Virus record (IMG/VR): IMGVR_UViG_3300044513_001810
Span: 1-59,185 of that record
DNA: 59,185 nucleotides
Reading direction: 5' to 3' (one strand)
Source: a virus
Lineage: Duplodnaviria > Caudoviricetes
Positions 56,599 through 59,185 of this stretch are shown piece by piece (within the stretch, counting starts at the first letter, position 1; each line of letters begins with the position of its first letter). Both the position numbers and the translations under genes were made by a program. The notes under the pieces are model-generated. The model was not told the DNA's origin and ran no database searches. It saw nothing but the letters and a program-made list of their open reading frames with translations.

Positions 56599-56745
56599 AT
56601 GGCTGGCAAGATGATAAAGCGTAAAGACGGCTCGTATTCAAAGCGTGGGTTATGGGATAATATCAGAGCAAACAAAGGCTCTGGTCGCAAACCAACCAAA
56701 GCAATGAAGAAGGCTATCTCAAGAATCCGCAAAAAAGAAGATTAG
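56599..56745 (+). CDS. Small basic protein (48 aa, MAGKMIKRKDGSYSKRGLWDNIR...)
   Basis: Hand-translated; GLWDNIR motif. Confidence 0.7.
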   Translation: MAGKMIKRKDGSYSKRGLWDNIRANKGSGRKPTKAMKKAISRIRKKED

Positions 56746-57035
56746 TGAAATTCCCTTGTGTTGCATGTGGTGCTTGTTGCCGCAGAATTTGGTGGGTGGG
56801 CCAGGAACAACTTGAGGCTCATGGCCTTTCTGTAAAAGAAGATGGCTCATGTACAAACTTATTAGGGGATAATTCTTGTGCCATTTATGAAAGTAGACCA
56901 GATATTTGTAGAGTAGATGTTGCTGTAAAGGAATCCGGCGAAGACGAAATAGAATACTATCGCAAGAACATTGAGATATGTAATCAATGGATGGATGAAG
57001 ACGGCATGTCTGAAATGAAAATAGAAGAGATTTAA
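56745..57035 (+). CDS. YkgJ-family CxxCxxCC metal-binding protein
   Basis: FPCVACGACCR...C..L...C.IYESRPDICR. Confidence 0.85.
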   Translation: MKFPCVACGACCRRIWWVGQEQLEAHGLSVKEDGSCTNLLGDNSCAIYESRPDICRVDVAVKESGEDEIEYYRKNIEICNQWMDEDGMSEMKIEEI

Positions 57036-57066
57036 AAAAAACCTTTAATTAATAAAATCAGAAATC

Positions 57067-57576
57067 ATGGGTGACCCACAAAGAATCCGCCAGGCCGGAC
57101 AAAATGAACAACAACAAAACACGCAGCCAATTAAAGTAGAAGGCTGGGAAAGTGAAGATGCTTACAACGATTATTTAAGCGGTATCATGAACAGCCTTGG
57201 CTCAAGAGCAACCCCTCAAATGAAACAGCGTATTGAAAAATATGTTGAAATGGGTTCCTTTGGGAACTTAAACAACATGCTGCGAGAGAAAAATCTTATG
57301 GGTGCTTTAAGATGGCAAAACCAACACGGTGGTCAAACCGGGCCAGACCAATGGGTTATGAAAGGATATCATGCCATAAACGAAGAAACCGGTCGATATG
57401 AGATGGTAAGTGACCAAGACTTTAAGAGTTTACAATCGTTACAAAATGAGTATAACAAGACTCACAAGAGCAGCGAAAAGAACTATTACAAAAATTCGCC
57501 TACCCGAATGAATGCAACTTCAGTTGTAAACGGATTTGGTAGATTTATGGGGATTAGCGAAGAAGATAACGATTGA
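57067..57576 (+). CDS. Hypothetical protein
   Basis: ORF followed by a terminator. Confidence 0.7.
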   Translation: MGDPQRIRQAGQNEQQQNTQPIKVEGWESEDAYNDYLSGIMNSLGSRATPQMKQRIEKYVEMGSFGNLNNMLREKNLMGALRWQNQHGGQTGPDQWVMKGYHAINEETGRYEMVSDQDFKSLQSLQNEYNKTHKSSEKNYYKNSPTRMNATSVVNGFGRFMGISEEDND

Positions 57577-57592
57577 TAAACCAATCATAAAG

Positions 57593-57633
57593 AAAAATGG
57601 CTGACCCATTAGTTTGGGCCAGCCATTTTATTT
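57593..57633. terminator. Bidirectional terminator
   Basis: AAAATGGCTGACCCA/TGGGCCAGCCATTTT between convergent genes. Confidence 0.8.
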
Positions 57634-58009
57634 ATATCCTATTAAGTGCTATCTGCAAGACATCTTTGTCGTTGAAGTTGGTTATTCGGACAACCGCTAC
57701 ACCTCCGTTCCCATTGGTGTCGGTAAACAAGATGATTCTGTTTGTCTTTTCGTCCCCAACAAAGTCTGGATTTGAACCAATCACTTCAAAGCGAGGGTAG
57801 TACTCTTTCATGGTGTCAAGGAAGTGGCTGATTAATTCAGAGCCGTACAACTTGTAGATAATAAAGTCGTCTTCTACTTTCTTGACCTCTGTGCAGCAAT
57901 CGTTTAATTCAATTACAGCGAGTAGGTGGTTGTCCCCGGTGGGGTTTGATGATTGTGCGAATGTTGTCGCAGTCACAAGCGCGAACGCAAAAGCAAAAAT
58001 TGTTTTCAT
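57632..58009 (-). CDS. Exported hypothetical protein
   Basis: Signal peptide MKTIFAFAFALVTATTFA-Q, typical of Bacteroidota. Confidence 0.75.
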   Translation of the reverse strand: MKTIFAFAFALVTATTFAQSSNPTGDNHLLAVIELNDCCTEVKKVEDDFIIYKLYGSELISHFLDTMKEYYPRFEVIGSNPDFVGDEKTNRIILFTDTNGNGGVAVVRITNFNDKDVLQIALNRI

Positions 58010-58037
58010 AAGGCATTAATAATTTTGGTTGATATAG

Positions 58038-58069
58038 TCAAATATAGCAATTATTTGTAACAAACAAAA
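58038..58069 (-). promoter_or_regulatory. Promoter, repeated motif copy 3
   Basis: Minus strand TTTG-N18-TATATTTG. Confidence 0.7.
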
Positions 58070-58296
58070 TTATTTTTTCATTTCCTCAAAAATTTTCAAA
58101 ACATTATCATATCTGCGCTTGTCCCAGGCAGTATGGCAACAGTTCGCCAAGGTTGTGGCCTGGCGTATTGCATGGTCTAAAGATTCAGACCGCGACAATA
58201 TTTTCGTTGCTAACTCCATGATTTTCATTTCTTATCTTCATATCATATCACACAATATAAGGAATATGTAAATTAGCACCAAGCAAAATAGACACT

Positions 58297-58914
58297 ATGA
58301 ATCCAGCATTGTTACTTTGGTACGGCACTAAATATGTTTTAGGTAGTTTGTTTCCGGAGGAGGAAATGAAAACAAATCCGCCGCGACAAACCAAAGAGGA
58401 AAAAGAAAAAGAAGACAAGCCCAAGCCTTGGATGCATCAGATAAACTATGACCAATTCAAACGCGGTATAGTCCAGCCGGAGAACAGTGGTAAATTCAAC
58501 TATGGAGCAAAGAACCCACTGTCTACTGCAACCGGAGCATATCAAATATTGTACAGCGAGCATGAAGCACAATTGCGTGACGACTACGGTATTGGTACAC
58601 GCGATGAGTTCGCAATATCTAAAGACGCACAAGAAGCGATTATGGATAGCCGTATAAAGCGATACGAGAAAGATGCATACGACTTATACATGGAGTACAA
58701 GCCTCAACTAAAAGAAAAGTTTGTTTTTACAGAAGAGGAAATAATGGCCCTGGTCCACTTCGCTGGACGCGGAGGGACACGCAGATACCTGGGGTCTATT
58801 AGGGATGGTAAAATACCACCACCTATGCCAGGTACTAACCTTACTCAACAAGAATACTTATCGCGATTTAATATTGGCCTACAAGCATTTGAGGAGAGCA
58901 GTGCTGATGAATAG
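58297..58914 (+). CDS. Lysozyme/lytic transglycosylase-like protein
   Basis: ENSG..NY.A.NP.STATGAYQI; HFAGRGG. Confidence 0.65.
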   Translation: MNPALLLWYGTKYVLGSLFPEEEMKTNPPRQTKEEKEKEDKPKPWMHQINYDQFKRGIVQPENSGKFNYGAKNPLSTATGAYQILYSEHEAQLRDDYGIGTRDEFAISKDAQEAIMDSRIKRYEKDAYDLYMEYKPQLKEKFVFTEEEIMALVHFAGRGGTRRYLGSIRDGKIPPPMPGTNLTQQEYLSRFNIGLQAFEESSADE

Positions 58915-59029
58915 CACTAATTTCACATCCCTCAAAAACACATGTTTGGATTGGCTCATATGTGTATTCTGATGTAGCGCAAGAGGCTACGAGTAAGGCT
59001 ACAGCAATAAATGCAATAACCTTTTTCAT
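58868..59029 (-). CDS. Small lipoprotein (53 aa)
   Basis: Hand-translated MKKVIAFIAVALLVAS-CATSEY...; lipobox with Cys17; its 5' part is also at 1-86. Confidence 0.7.
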   Translation of the reverse strand: MKKVIAFIAVALLVASCATSEYTYEPIQTCVFEGCEISAIHQHCSPQMLVGQY

Positions 59030-59185
59030 GATGTTAAGTTAATGTAAAGCGGTCGGAATACCAAATTATCCGGCTACACGAGCGTTGAACTGCTCCCACA
59101 GTTTGTCGCCTTCCTTGCCTAAACTGTAGGCTACTTTACGAATTTCATCATATCTATGTGACCAGCGATTGTATACCCGGCTGTC
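58944..59185 (+). repeat. Terminal direct repeat, right copy
   Basis: Starts gtttggattggctc and ends tacccggctgtc, as does 1-242. Confidence 0.97.

Larger units (their letters stand above)
1..59185. mobile_element. Near-complete tailed bacteriophage genome, probably lytic, Bacteroidota host
   Basis: Terminase, portal, scaffold, capsid, tail, lysis and primase-helicase genes are present; ends overlap by 242 bp; no integrase recognised; TAnnTTTG promoters. Confidence 0.95.

Overview
The window looks like an essentially complete ~58.9 kb lytic dsDNA tailed phage genome. It is podovirus-like with a crAss-like/Cellulophaga-phage-like head-tail architecture, and the host is very probably a Bacteroidota/Flavobacteriia species (TAnnTTTG promoters, no Shine-Dalgarno motifs, DUF3127-type SSB). 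Bases 1-242 repeat at 58944-59185 with two mismatches, so the contig is circularly permuted. The layout has four parts: a leftward accessory block (1-5.5 kb); a 1.2 kb non-coding divergence region; a rightward early/replication block (6.7-17.2 kb: recombination genes, primase-helicase, resolvase, SSB, no recognisable DNA or RNA polymerase); and a leftward structural block (17.1-53.7 kb) followed by a short rightward lysis/accessory block. Four features stand out. (1) The early transcript is punctuated by three canonical type I hammerhead ribozymes, each just after a stop codon, plus two tRNA-like elements. (2) A GT4 + COLGALT-like GT25 + PLOD-like lysyl hydroxylase fusion lies near a Gly-X-Lys-rich collagen-like tail fibre, suggesting an animal-style collagen modification pathway in a phage. 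(3) An array of small genes is joined by a repeated ~26 bp stop/start junction. (4) A 3451-aa polyvalent virion protein carries peptidase, ADP-ribosyltransferase and HhH-GPD-like motifs. All functional calls come from motif recognition by eye; no database searches were run.
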